Positions 21,101 to 29,735 of a stretch of DNA of 64,000 bases are shown piece by piece. This stretch comes from Candidatus Latescibacterota bacterium (GTDB lineage: Bacteria > Latescibacterota > UBA2968 > UBA8231). Below the pieces are notes generated by a model. That model worked only from the letters and a program-made list of their open reading frames with translations, was not told the origin of the DNA and did no database searches. A program made the translations under genes and the position numbers. The stretch covers positions 32,001-96,000 of the forward strand of contig OZ242214.1 in assembly GCA_965206595.1 (NCBI GenBank), given 5' to 3'. The stretch's first letter is position 1; each line of letters starts with the position of its first letter.

Positions 21101-21692
21101 GGAGGACTATACCTCCCTGGATCCGGAGGGCACGGCGATCCAGTGGTCGTTGACCGGCGACGACGCCGCCCATCTCCAGGTCACCGCACAAGGCCGGTTG
21201 ATCTTCCGGGATCCGGCGCCGGATTTCGAGGATCCGAAGGACAAGGACAAGAACCGCGTCTACGAGGTGGAGGTTGTGGCCTCCGACGGGGAGTTGTCGT
21301 CGCCGCCGCTGGCCGTAACCGTAACGGTGACCAATGTGAACGAACCGCCGGTGATAACCGGGGAGGCGTCGCAGTCGGTTCCGGAGAATACCAAGCCCGT
21401 GGGCACGTACACGGCCACGGACCCGGAAGGGGACCCGTTTACCTGGTCGAACACTGGCGAGGATGCGGATGACTTCGTCATTGAGGATGGCGCTTTGAGT
21501 TTCAACCTGCCGCCCGACTACGAAAGCCCTTCCGACGCAGGAGGCAACAACGAATACCAGGTGACGGTAACGGCGACCGAGGGTATGCTAGCCGGGCAAC
21601 TAACGGCATGGGGACTTTCACCCCACAAAATGCGCGGCCTTGTCGGCCGCTCCTGCAACGTTAGGGTTAAACGCTATAAAAATGTCCTTTGA
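18150..21692 (+). CDS. Gene B: large secreted protein with a glycoside-hydrolase-like N-terminal region, Calx-beta-like, two fibronectin type III and cadherin-like domains; 3' end probably truncated
   Basis: Signal peptide; GFNTVH, LYDEPRW, ALAHGATGIYYY; FN3 PPEGLTATAGHGEVTLRW; cadherin PDFEDPKD..NRVYEVEVVASDG and PDYESPSD..NNEYQVTVTAT. Sequence after 21580 is intron-like. Confidence 0.8.
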   Translation: MSYRGWFLVAVLLVSGGPLGAEFPIGAWFPGMIEIEGDEEAEEAEWAARLDSVQAAGFNTVHAMRGRGEIRTSEYNKKWMDLAHARGLKVQLHSWQPPPEWREHSRNYWTRTFEAEDTELFTYPIGREVTDDDGTTRRVARYAATGEHNPGLVLESRGSVYLRRNPPPPPSEPGYGSRFGHHVFRLKTDDATGTDHIATLRVLQPSGTVMDSMEVFEDDFQAADTYQDFGLEYDIGPKTDDRGSIPVRYQVYWTGADTLWVDHIRAHDWEIDPDTEEPVKPPHAARLFAGKFDRTLTDTLAKYDGVRAPRPWRFALYDEPRWELRESVAYVDSFIEAQTGGTPGISPYNQNHRGAMERYVDTVSPPELLVDFYPFFHDTPAPGQAAYADSLRRRLDWLVTGYGHARAVSLGLREDGSVKRRIPLWCVVQTHNWSNLRNPTPEEIRVQVNLALAHGATGIYYYQYHSYSEDRQVDGLVDLDYRRTPRLTEVEDLNTMLDALDDTFLELTSDDVFAGDDPDDFPDFVQSLSVGADYFLGAFTHTDDTRYLMVVNTQCGTAGTRTTTVTLDAAALKGDAYDYTLFDVYGDRRLQAGGSDAHPAFSVTLGPGEGTLYRVEADLPVLASFGSSSYELIEGGDAVTGENPADVGKRVEVTVSLSAAPSERLEVPIEVTFGTEEFTAEYTADDPDLQDYRVSGLSSGGLRFTPNRTSATFRIRANPDLDVEDETIGLSFGRLPAGVRTGDPSTATVTIRDTPNPPEGLTATAGHGEVTLRWDAPDPENPGIRGWQYQVRLPPQQTEFGPWMPMGLGEFTDRTVFQRTEHTVEGLPNGVKHLFRIRAYTRGYGLASASAEATPNGLLAEAYRGAVVLRWIDAPEGEDIARWEYQVREVLEQGQGDWSGWSSAGGSSARSHTVRGLTNGVRHHFQVQGLTAAGVTALTWPTPRDGSVVKATPQASLPLPPNEAPSKPEGEPAVSIAEHTTDTGEDYTSLDPEGTAIQWSLTGDDAAHLQVTAQGRLIFRDPAPDFEDPKDKDKNRVYEVEVVASDGELSSPPLAVTVTVTNVNEPPVITGEASQSVPENTKPVGTYTATDPEGDPFTWSNTGEDADDFVIEDGALSFNLPPDYESPSDAGGNNEYQVTVTATEGMLAGQLTAWGLSPHKMRGLVGRSCNVRVKRYKNVL
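21581..21653 (-). ncRNA. Group II intron 5' (domain I start) remnant
   Basis: The minus strand GGAGCGGCCGACAAGGCCGCGCATTTTGTGGGGTGAAAGTCCCCATGCCG has the hairpin and GGGGTGAAAGTCCCC tetraloop stem typical of bacterial group II intron 5' ends. Confidence 0.55.
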
Positions 21693-21761
21693 AAAACCCG
21701 GATATAACCTTTCCGAATATCTGGATTGTTTCCGGCGTGTTTGGTGAGAGGAGAGAGCATC

Positions 21762-22492
21762 ATGAAAATTGCAGCGTTGCTGCTGTGGTGGGCAACCTGG
21801 GTCGGGTGCAGCAACCCCGTCACGCCAGATGAGGATAGGGAGGATGACGGGACTTGCTGCTGGGATGAAACCATCCTTGTGTTTGAGGCTCTTCCAAGGG
21901 CCTTCAACGAGCGCGACAAGGACCTCTATGAGACTCTACTCGCTGACGATTTCCGGTTCACGGAGAGCGACTGCGGGGGTTGATCTATGACTACGGCAAG
22001 GAGGAGGAGCTTCGAATTATGGGAACGCGGGATGGTTCCTCCCGGGGGATATTTGACATCTACCGCACTATCGAGTGGGGCTTCTTATTATCCCGAAGAT
22101 GGAACAGCAAATGGCCGCCCGGTGAACAGGCAGGTCCAGAAGAAGAAGAGTGGGAGGGATTTCGGGGCCTGGGGAAAATCACACTGCTCAATCAATCGGG
22201 CGAGAGTTATTTCGTCGATCAAATGATGACTTTCAAGGTCGCCCTCGACGGCATCATGAGCTGGATTGCCCATCCCGTCTGCTCCGAGGACGATAAACCA
22301 GAGGTGGGCAGCAGTTTTTCTTGGGGTTCTTTCAAGGAGCGACTGGACTCAACCACAGCGACAGGCTTCGAGCTAGGCGAGTCGGGGCTTGTATTCCCCG
22401 GTTATCGCGACCGGGCCCGTGGGGATGATATGCCTTCCATTTTTTCGAGAAACTGGGTGTCGAAGGAGTGGGGTCAACTCCAGGCTCCCTGA
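21762..22492 (+). pseudogene. Lipoprotein gene split by a frameshift near 21975-21985
   Basis: Lipobox WVGC. ORF 21726-21983 continues in another frame as YDYGKEEELRIMGTRDGSSRGIFD, which includes SWGSFK. Confidence 0.55.
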
Positions 22493-22521
22493 AACAGCAT
22501 TCGCATGTCGAGCGTCTCCGG

Positions 22522-24138
22522 ATGAAAAAGACCCTGTTTTTCCATCTCACCTACCTGTTGCTCTCCGGCGCGCTCATGCAGGACAGCATGGCCAGGGATC
22601 ATACCCGCCTGCTTCTACCCGCGGGCACCTGGGTGCGCTTTGGCGAAGCGGTCCTTACCGGTGAAATCGCCTATGCCCCCAACGGCGCCTGGCTGGCGGC
22701 GCCCAGCAGCATCGGCACCTGGCTCTACAACGCACGCACCGGCCGACTGAAAGCCCGTCTGGGTACGGGCTTCGTCCGGTCGGTGGCGTTCGCGCCCGAC
22801 AGCAGGACCCTTGCCGTCGGCAGCCACAGCGAGATCCAGCTGTGGAAGGTCAGGAGCGGACGACTCGACGCCACTCTCGACGGGCACGAGGGTTTCGTCC
22901 GTTCCGTGGCGTTCGCGCCGGACGGCAAGACCCTGGCCAGCGGCGGCCGGGACCGGACCATCCGGTTGTGGGAAGTCGGCACCGGACGACTCGAGGCCGC
23001 CCTCGACGGGCATAGGGGGGAGGTCGAGGCTCTTGCATTCTCTCCGGACGGCAGAACCCTGGCCAGTGCCGGCGGCGATTATGCGATCCGGTTGTGGGAT
23101 GCGGGCACCGGGCAGCACAAGGCTGCCCTGGAAGGGCATACGGGTTGGATCGAGGCTCTTGCATTCTCGCCGGACGGCAAGACCCTGGCCAGCGGCAGCT
23201 GGGACGGGACGATCCGGTTGTGGGACGCGGGAACCGGGCAACCCGGGACTACCCTGGAGGCGCATTCGGGGTATGGACTTGCGGAGTGGGTCTGGTCCGT
23301 GGCCTTCGCCCCGGACGGCAAGACCCTGGCCAGCGCTCACGACCACGCGATCCGGCTGTGGGACCTCGAGACAGGACAGCTCGGGACCACCCTCACCCTC
23401 GAGGGGCATACGAGCTGGATCTCTGCGGTGGCGTTCGCCCCGGACGGCAACACCCTGGCCAGCGGCAGCCGCAGCAGCAATGAGAGCGAGAGCAGGCATT
23501 TCTCCGTTCTGCTGTGGGATCTGTCGCCCCGCACCAAAGTGGAAGCCGCGGTCCTGGGCGGCATGGTCGAGGGATTGACCGTCGAGTTCTCCCGGGCCAT
23601 TTCCGGCCGCCGCCGCCACTACGCCTGGAGCGCCGTCACCGACACGTCCGGGCGGCTGGAGCTCACCCTGATCCCCGGGGTCACCGGCTTTTACGAAGCC
23701 CGCGCCCGCGCCGCCGACGGCACGGTCGCAGGCCGGTGGCACAGCATTCCTCTCAACATCGACGAGCGCCAGTTCCTGGAGCTCACCCTGGGTGGCGGCA
23801 TGCAGGTGGTCTCGGTCGAAGCGCTGGCCGCAGCCAAGGTCGCGGCGCCGGAAGGGCCGGCCGTCAGCGAGCTGCATCCCAACACCCCCAACCCTTTCAA
23901 CGCCGGCACCCGCATCGCCTACCGTCTGGCCGCCCCCGGTCCGGTGCGGCTGGAGATCTACAACCTGTTGGGACAGCCGGTACATACGCTGGTTGACGAA
24001 GCCCAGGCCCCCGGCGAGTACCAGGTCGCCTGGGATGCGCGCGACCAGCGGGGAGCTGCGGTCGCAGCGGGGGTCTACCTCACCCGCCTGACTTTCCCCG
24101 GTGGTGTGCAGAGCCGCAGACTCATCTATCTCAAGTAG
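22522..24138 (+). CDS. Secreted WD40-repeat protein with C-terminal FlgD/T9SS type A-like domain
   Basis: Repeats LEGH...V.SVAFAPDGKTLASG..D.TIRLWD; C-terminal PNTPNPFNAGTRIAY...LEIYNLLGQPV...AGVYLTRL. Confidence 0.92.
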   Translation: MKKTLFFHLTYLLLSGALMQDSMARDHTRLLLPAGTWVRFGEAVLTGEIAYAPNGAWLAAPSSIGTWLYNARTGRLKARLGTGFVRSVAFAPDSRTLAVGSHSEIQLWKVRSGRLDATLDGHEGFVRSVAFAPDGKTLASGGRDRTIRLWEVGTGRLEAALDGHRGEVEALAFSPDGRTLASAGGDYAIRLWDAGTGQHKAALEGHTGWIEALAFSPDGKTLASGSWDGTIRLWDAGTGQPGTTLEAHSGYGLAEWVWSVAFAPDGKTLASAHDHAIRLWDLETGQLGTTLTLEGHTSWISAVAFAPDGNTLASGSRSSNESESRHFSVLLWDLSPRTKVEAAVLGGMVEGLTVEFSRAISGRRRHYAWSAVTDTSGRLELTLIPGVTGFYEARARAADGTVAGRWHSIPLNIDERQFLELTLGGGMQVVSVEALAAAKVAAPEGPAVSELHPNTPNPFNAGTRIAYRLAAPGPVRLEIYNLLGQPVHTLVDEAQAPGEYQVAWDARDQRGAAVAAGVYLTRLTFPGGVQSRRLIYLK

Positions 24139-24225
24139 TGCGGAGCACATTCCGGCCTGCCTTGAAACGGCCGAAAGCGGACGCAGAGCCGCAACAGCTC
24201 ATTCTCACTGAAAGGACTCCTGGCC

Positions 24226-24999
24226 ATGCGCGTCGTATGGAACATGCTCTTCGGTTCGGTTTGCGCCATCATGTCGGGATATGGCACGGGTACGGCCCAT
24301 GCACAGGATGTCTCGGGATTCGTCGTGGATGGGGATTGGGGGGATTGGGGAGGGGGCGGTCCCGGCGAGGGGGATGAATTTTACGATGTCACCCCCGATA
24401 CCAACAGCAGCATAGATATCATCGCATACGGGTATGGACTCGGTTCTTTCCGCCGGGACGATGCCAACGGAACGGAGAACCTGTTCGCCTTCATTTTCAG
24501 GTTTCTGGAGGCTCCCTTTCAGGATTCGGCCCGGACTTCGGTGGAGCTGTTTTTCGACGTGTCGGCCGATTCCACCCTTGGCGAAGAAACGTCGCCCTGG
24601 GTCGGTTTCCTCCCGGATTATCGAATCGAAATCGTCGGAAACAATGGAGGGCTGACCGGGGAGACCTACCGCCGCCTGTCCGGAGATCGATGGATCGTCA
24701 GCGCAGGCGAGGACCTGCCTGAAGTGGAGGTCGCGCTTTCGGGTCAATGGCTGGAAGGAGCCGTCCCCTGGGCGGCGTTGGGCAGTCCCGGGGACACATC
24801 AGAAGAACGTGAAAGAGGATATTTCCACTTCAAGTGGGCTGCGAAAACCACAAAGAACGGTTCCCATGACTTTGTCCCGGACGGGAACACCTACTTCGAA
24901 GTTCCCTGGGGTCCGGTGGATTTGCGCATCTCGACTGCTGTCGAGTCTCAAGGATGGGGTTGGATCAAGAGCGATCATTCGAATGGAGAACCGGAGTGA
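24226..24999 (+). CDS. Gene A paralog, secreted
   Basis: FVVDGDWGDW, DVTPDTNSSID, TSVELFFDVSADS, FLPDYRI, ends TAVESQGWGWIK. Confidence 0.8.
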   Translation: MRVVWNMLFGSVCAIMSGYGTGTAHAQDVSGFVVDGDWGDWGGGGPGEGDEFYDVTPDTNSSIDIIAYGYGLGSFRRDDANGTENLFAFIFRFLEAPFQDSARTSVELFFDVSADSTLGEETSPWVGFLPDYRIEIVGNNGGLTGETYRRLSGDRWIVSAGEDLPEVEVALSGQWLEGAVPWAALGSPGDTSEERERGYFHFKWAAKTTKNGSHDFVPDGNTYFEVPWGPVDLRISTAVESQGWGWIKSDHSNGEPE

Positions 25000-27140
25000 A
25001 GGCCCGCACGATCCTGCTTGTATCGGCCCTTGTTTTCGTTCGGTATGGAATGGGTCTTGCGCAGGAGTTCCCCATCGGGGCCTGGTTCCCGGGCCTGTTC
25101 AACAACCAGTCGGAACAGTTTGCGGAGAGGCTCGACCGGGTAGTCGATGCCAACTTCAACACCATTCACGCCGCCCTCGCGGGAAGGAACGATCCTTCGG
25201 TCAATGGCGTTTTCCTCGACCTGGCGCACCAGCGGAGACTCAACGTGCAATTGTACAGCTGGAATGTCCCTCCCGCCTGGCGGACCACCACCCGAACCTA
25301 CTGGACCAAGACCCTGGAAGCGGAGAACAGGAGGTTCATCCATCCCGTCGGAACCCGGGACGGAGATGCCTGGCAGGCGAATACGGAAGATCACACCCCG
25401 GGCCTCCTTCTCGACACCCCGGCCGAGGGCTCCGGGATTTTCCTGCGTTACAGGGAACAGAAACTGAATGACCGTGGGCAGCTCGTGGAAAACAGAGTGC
25501 GTCACGGGATTCACGTCTTCCGCCTGAAAACGGACGACAACAGCAGCCCGGACATTATCGCTACCCTGAGAATCCTCAGGCATTCCGACGGCACGGTATT
25601 GCGCACGCGGGATGTGCGGGCACTGGAATTTCGCGAGGTCGATACCTACCAGGATTTCCTGATCCGCTACTCCGTTTCCCGCGGCGGCGACCGGGTGCGG
25701 TACCAGGTCGACTGGAGCGGGACCGGCAACCTCTGGGTGGACAGGATCAGGGCCCACGACAGTCACGGCTACAGGCTCTTCTCCGGGAATTACGATGCCG
25801 ATATCGTCAACGACCTGGCCGCCTATGACGGCATATCCGTCCGCCCGCCCTGGCGCTTCTACATGGACGATGAGCCCCATTGGACTGAGAAGGACGAGAG
25901 CATCGCCTATGTGAACGACTTGATAAAGGCGCAGACCGGAAAGTCGGGCGTGGTGTCTTTCCACCAGACCCGCAAGGATTACATGCAGCATTTCGTCGAC
26001 ACGGTTTTTCCTTCGGAGTTCCTGGTCAATTTCTATACTTTCGGGCTTTATGTTCCGGAGCCCGGTCGGGCAAGATACGCGACTCGCCTGCAGAGTGCCC
26101 TGGACAGTTACGTCACCTGGCACGGACACGCCAGGGAGGTGGCCAAGGAGGCCGGGATACCTCTTTGGGCGGTTATCCAGGCACATGGTTGGCCCAACGG
26201 CCTGCGCAACCCGACGCCGGAGGAAATCCGGGTTCAGGTAAACCTGGTTCTGGCCCACGGCGTGACGGGGATTTACTACTTCATGTATTCAAGCCACGTC
26301 GATGGCGATGGCAGGGCGGATTTACAGGGGTTGGTAGACGGGAACTACCGGATCACTCCCAAATGGAGAGAAGTGCAGGCCCTCAACAAAATGCTGCAGG
26401 AACTGGACGACACCCTGTTGCAGTTGACCTCGGACGCCGTCTTCCGCGGCGACGCTCCCGAATCCCCGGTGCAACGGCTTTCCGATCCGGCGGATTACCA
26501 CCTCGGCGCCTTTACCCATGCGGATGGCAGGCGCTATCTGATGGTCGTCAACCGCCGCTGCCAGCCCTATCCCCGCAGACCTCGGATGGTGACCATCCAA
26601 CTGGATGCATCTGAATTGGATGGCCCCACCTATTCCTACCTGGTCAGGGATATCCATACCAAAGAGATGGTAGCCACCAGCAACGGCGTTTCCCCTTCCT
26701 TTTCACTTTCCCTGGGTCCGGGAGAGGGGAAGCTGTTCCGCCTCGAACCCTGGGACGATCAGGTTGCCTTGACGGGGGATGTGACGGTTCCCGCGGGGGT
26801 GAAGCTGACTCTGGCTGCCGGAACGACGGTGGCGTTCGCCCCGGGGGACGAGACCGGGGGCGGCAATGACGGCTTGCGTTCGGAGCTCATCGTCGAGGGC
26901 ACTCTCGACGCCGGCGCCGGCGACATCACCTTTCGCTCATCCGATGAAGCAGGCGCTTCCTCCGATGGCAGTTGGTATGGCATTCGCGTGGCAGGAACCG
27001 GCAACGCCGACCTGTCCGGCGCCACTATCGAGGACGGGCTGCGTTGTGTGGAGACTTATGAAACGAGCACCCTCGACATGACCAACACTGCCTTGATCAA
27101 CTGCGGCCAGACCGTGGAACTGCTCTCGACCTCCCCATGA
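24996..27140 (+). CDS. Gene B paralog: secreted glycoside-hydrolase-like protein with a different C-terminal region
   Basis: GTGA overlap with the A paralog; EFPIGAWFPG, HVFRLKTDD, DDEPHW, LRNPTPEEIRVQVNL, LGPGEGKLFR. Confidence 0.82.
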   Translation: MKARTILLVSALVFVRYGMGLAQEFPIGAWFPGLFNNQSEQFAERLDRVVDANFNTIHAALAGRNDPSVNGVFLDLAHQRRLNVQLYSWNVPPAWRTTTRTYWTKTLEAENRRFIHPVGTRDGDAWQANTEDHTPGLLLDTPAEGSGIFLRYREQKLNDRGQLVENRVRHGIHVFRLKTDDNSSPDIIATLRILRHSDGTVLRTRDVRALEFREVDTYQDFLIRYSVSRGGDRVRYQVDWSGTGNLWVDRIRAHDSHGYRLFSGNYDADIVNDLAAYDGISVRPPWRFYMDDEPHWTEKDESIAYVNDLIKAQTGKSGVVSFHQTRKDYMQHFVDTVFPSEFLVNFYTFGLYVPEPGRARYATRLQSALDSYVTWHGHAREVAKEAGIPLWAVIQAHGWPNGLRNPTPEEIRVQVNLVLAHGVTGIYYFMYSSHVDGDGRADLQGLVDGNYRITPKWREVQALNKMLQELDDTLLQLTSDAVFRGDAPESPVQRLSDPADYHLGAFTHADGRRYLMVVNRRCQPYPRRPRMVTIQLDASELDGPTYSYLVRDIHTKEMVATSNGVSPSFSLSLGPGEGKLFRLEPWDDQVALTGDVTVPAGVKLTLAAGTTVAFAPGDETGGGNDGLRSELIVEGTLDAGAGDITFRSSDEAGASSDGSWYGIRVAGTGNADLSGATIEDGLRCVETYETSTLDMTNTALINCGQTVELLSTSP

Positions 27141-27194
27141 CAGCCCAGCGAATTAGTCCACCCGGGCTGCGGCCGGGCCCTGGCGGCCGCCAGC

Positions 27195-27253
27195 GATTGC
27201 TCGTGCGCAGCAGGGGGAAAGGTGAAGTCGGCGCACGCCAGTTTGAGCTGCAT
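27195..27253 (-). pseudogene. N-terminal scrap of a sugar phosphate isomerase/epimerase
   Basis: MQLKLACADFTFP after RBS GGAG; similarity is lost after about 20 codons. Confidence 0.35.
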
Positions 27254-27351
27254 GATTTCTCCGCTATGTGCTGAGGTTCCCGACTGACGAAAGCCCGGAC
27301 GCCATGATGCCGCGGCAGTCCAGCCGCCTTTGTCAGCAAGGCGACCCGTTT

Positions 27352-27546
27352 CTACGTGCCCACCTTCCTGACCCTGCCGACCTCGCCTGTCTCGAGGCGC
27401 ACCTTGATCCCGTGCGGATGCGTCGCCGACCGGGTCAGTATGTCCTGCACCACGCCCTCGGTCAGGCGGCCTGTGCGCTGGTCCTGCTTCTGCACTATGG
27501 AAACGCGTATCCCGGGCTTTACGGCCGCCCTGCTATTACCGTTCAC
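27352..27546 (-). CDS. YwbE (DUF2196) family protein
   Basis: MNGNSRAAVKPGIRVSIVQKQDQRTGRLTEGVVQDILTRSATHPHGIKVRLETGEVGRV; the GTG overlaps the upstream stop. Confidence 0.88.
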   Translation of the reverse strand: MNGNSRAAVKPGIRVSIVQKQDQRTGRLTEGVVQDILTRSATHPHGIKVRLETGEVGRVRKVGT

Positions 27547-29372
27547 TGCCCCCCGCTCTCCCGGTCGAGCCACACCGGGCTCAACCACGCCCGGTGCCCG
27601 TCCTTCTGCCGCAGGCGCAGGTAGTAGTAGGATCCCGACCCTTCCGGGACCGGAAGCTCGGCCCCGTCGATCTCCACGTCCCAGGAATCGGGCGCGTCCT
27701 GCCAGACGCACTGCCCGTTGGAAATAATTTCGATCCGCTCGATCGGCGCGGTCCCGTGCAGGCTGGCGGAGAAATGTACCTCTCCTCCTTCGGCCAGCAC
27801 GCCCTCCGCCCCGGAGCGCACCCCGTTGACGGCGTAGCCGCAGACGATCGGCACGCCGGACGTCGCGTAGGTCCAGCGCTCGTCCATCGCCTGCCACACC
27901 GCCTCGCGGGTCAGCTTCGCCGCCCGGAAACAGGTCATCCCGACGTAGCTTCCCGGGAGTTGCGTCGGGTGCCCCTGGTGGTTGTCGGTCCCGGCCACGA
28001 AACCCAGGCGCCAGCCCCTGGCGAAGGCATCCTGCACCGAAGCACCCATCCCCCCGTTGCGAATACCCCAGTACTCGTCGAGCGCGTCCGCCTCGAAATC
28101 GCCCCGGCCCTGGACGATTTCCACCAGCCTGGCCCGCTCGTTGGGGAACTCCCAGTGGTATTCCGACCAGTAGAACGACTTCCCCATGACCTCGCGGTGC
28201 TTGCCGTACTCGATGGGCTGTCCGCAGTTGGGATGGTGCGGCACCATGACCACGTCCCTGTCCCAGGTCACCTCCGAGGGGCAGAGCTCCGGCTTCCAGT
28301 GCCAGGTGCCGCCGTCGACTTCCGGGGTGCGCAGGTAGAGGTTGGCGTGCCCGTAGGCGTTGGAGCTTTCCCACGCGGGGATGGTCACGAAGCGACCCGG
28401 CTCGTTGAACTCCTCGTTGACCGCCAGGCACTCGTCCCACCCGGGGCCGATCGGGGCGTGGTCCGTCATCGCCACCACGTCGAGGTTGAGGTGGTCGCGG
28501 GCATAGGCGTAGGCCGCGCGCGGTTCGCGGTCGCCGTCCACCGAAAGCCGCGTGTGGAAGTGGATGCCGCCGAAGAAGTGGCCGCGCTCGCCGACCGCAT
28601 GCGCCGGACCGCCCCGGGCTTCGAGCCCGCGTTCTGGATCCCTCACCTCGATGCGGACCGGGCCGTCGGCCTGCACCTCGACGCCCTCGACCACGCCCCG
28701 TCCGTCAGCGCCGGTTTCCACCTCGGCGGGCAGCCCGGCGACCGCACCGTCGGCCTGCACGGCCACCTTCCCGCGGTAAGAGGGTATCGGATTGAGATTG
28801 TCGTCCGTGGCGAAGATCACGACCCTGCGCTTTCCTTCCGCGTCGGCCGTAGCGGAGATCCGGCCCTCCAGCCGCGTCAGGGGGCCGGGGGCGTTGAGCA
28901 GCGGAATCGGCTCGCCAACCTTCTCGAACACCTCGGCTTCGGGCCGCCGCACCCGCACCTGCAGGGCGCCGCTGACATCCGCATGAGGCGACGGCGCAAT
29001 TCCAAAGGGAAAGACCAGCCGCGCTCCCGGGCTCAGCGACCCGGTGACCTGGACGGTGCACAGGTAGACCTCGTTGACCGGCCGCCCCACCAGGCCGCCG
29101 CCGGCAGGACCGTCGCCGCCCCGGGTCAGATCGGTCCAGTCGCCCGGCAGCCCGTGCCCGATCACCACCACGCCCTCGCCCCCTTCGACAAACGGGTCTG
29201 CCAGCGTCCACTGGTGTGAATAGGTATGGAAGGTGCTGACCGTAACGCGCACGTCGGCGCCGGCTTCCAGGCCGGCCGGACATGCGACGAACAGCCGCAG
29301 GGGCTTGCACTGCCGGTCGGTGGCGACGAACTCCGTCTGTCCTTCAAAATGAATTTCCAACTGCTCGTACAT
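27543..29372 (-). CDS. DUF3604/PHP-like metallohydrolase
   Basis: FGGIHFHTRLSVDG, AMTDH, GHANLY, PHH, GFVAGTDNHQGHP, YYYLRLRQKDGHRAWLSPVW. Confidence 0.82.
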   Translation of the reverse strand: MYEQLEIHFEGQTEFVATDRQCKPLRLFVACPAGLEAGADVRVTVSTFHTYSHQWTLADPFVEGGEGVVVIGHGLPGDWTDLTRGGDGPAGGGLVGRPVNEVYLCTVQVTGSLSPGARLVFPFGIAPSPHADVSGALQVRVRRPEAEVFEKVGEPIPLLNAPGPLTRLEGRISATADAEGKRRVVIFATDDNLNPIPSYRGKVAVQADGAVAGLPAEVETGADGRGVVEGVEVQADGPVRIEVRDPERGLEARGGPAHAVGERGHFFGGIHFHTRLSVDGDREPRAAYAYARDHLNLDVVAMTDHAPIGPGWDECLAVNEEFNEPGRFVTIPAWESSNAYGHANLYLRTPEVDGGTWHWKPELCPSEVTWDRDVVMVPHHPNCGQPIEYGKHREVMGKSFYWSEYHWEFPNERARLVEIVQGRGDFEADALDEYWGIRNGGMGASVQDAFARGWRLGFVAGTDNHQGHPTQLPGSYVGMTCFRAAKLTREAVWQAMDERWTYATSGVPIVCGYAVNGVRSGAEGVLAEGGEVHFSASLHGTAPIERIEIISNGQCVWQDAPDSWDVEIDGAELPVPEGSGSYYYLRLRQKDGHRAWLSPVWLDRESGGQ

Positions 29373-29407
29373 GAGGTTCCCTCGATTCTGCGCGGTTGGC
29401 CGCCTGG

Positions 29408-29680
29408 CTAACAAGCCTGCGCGATACGCCGTGCGTGCCTGTCGTCCAGCAGCACCGTGCACTCAGGATGCTCCAAGGCCAAAGCCAGTGCGGCCAATTC
29501 TCCCACTCCCAGATCCAGATTCAACCATTCGGATGGAATCACGCGAGGGTCAACGATCTTGAGCCACTCGTAGTGTTGTGGATCGGGAACGTCATACCCT
29601 CTTTGTCGTCCTTCCGACAACTCTTGCGACACGGCCGTTGGAATCCACACTTCATTCTACAGGGTGGAAAGCCATTTCAG
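29408..29680 (-). pseudogene. DUF3368 PIN-domain toxin fragment
   Basis: WIPTAVSQEL...LDLGVGELAALALALE...VLLDDRHARRIA; lacks both termini. Confidence 0.7.
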
Positions 29681-29735
29681 GGCGCTATGGCCTGACAATT
29701 CAAGCCTCTGTGAGGTTGGCAAGGAAGGGAGCAAA

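Noticed and set aside
22780-23520. Regularly spaced DNA repeats that could be read as a CRISPR array
   Set aside because: They are in-frame WD40 coding repeats, with no unique spacers and no cas genes
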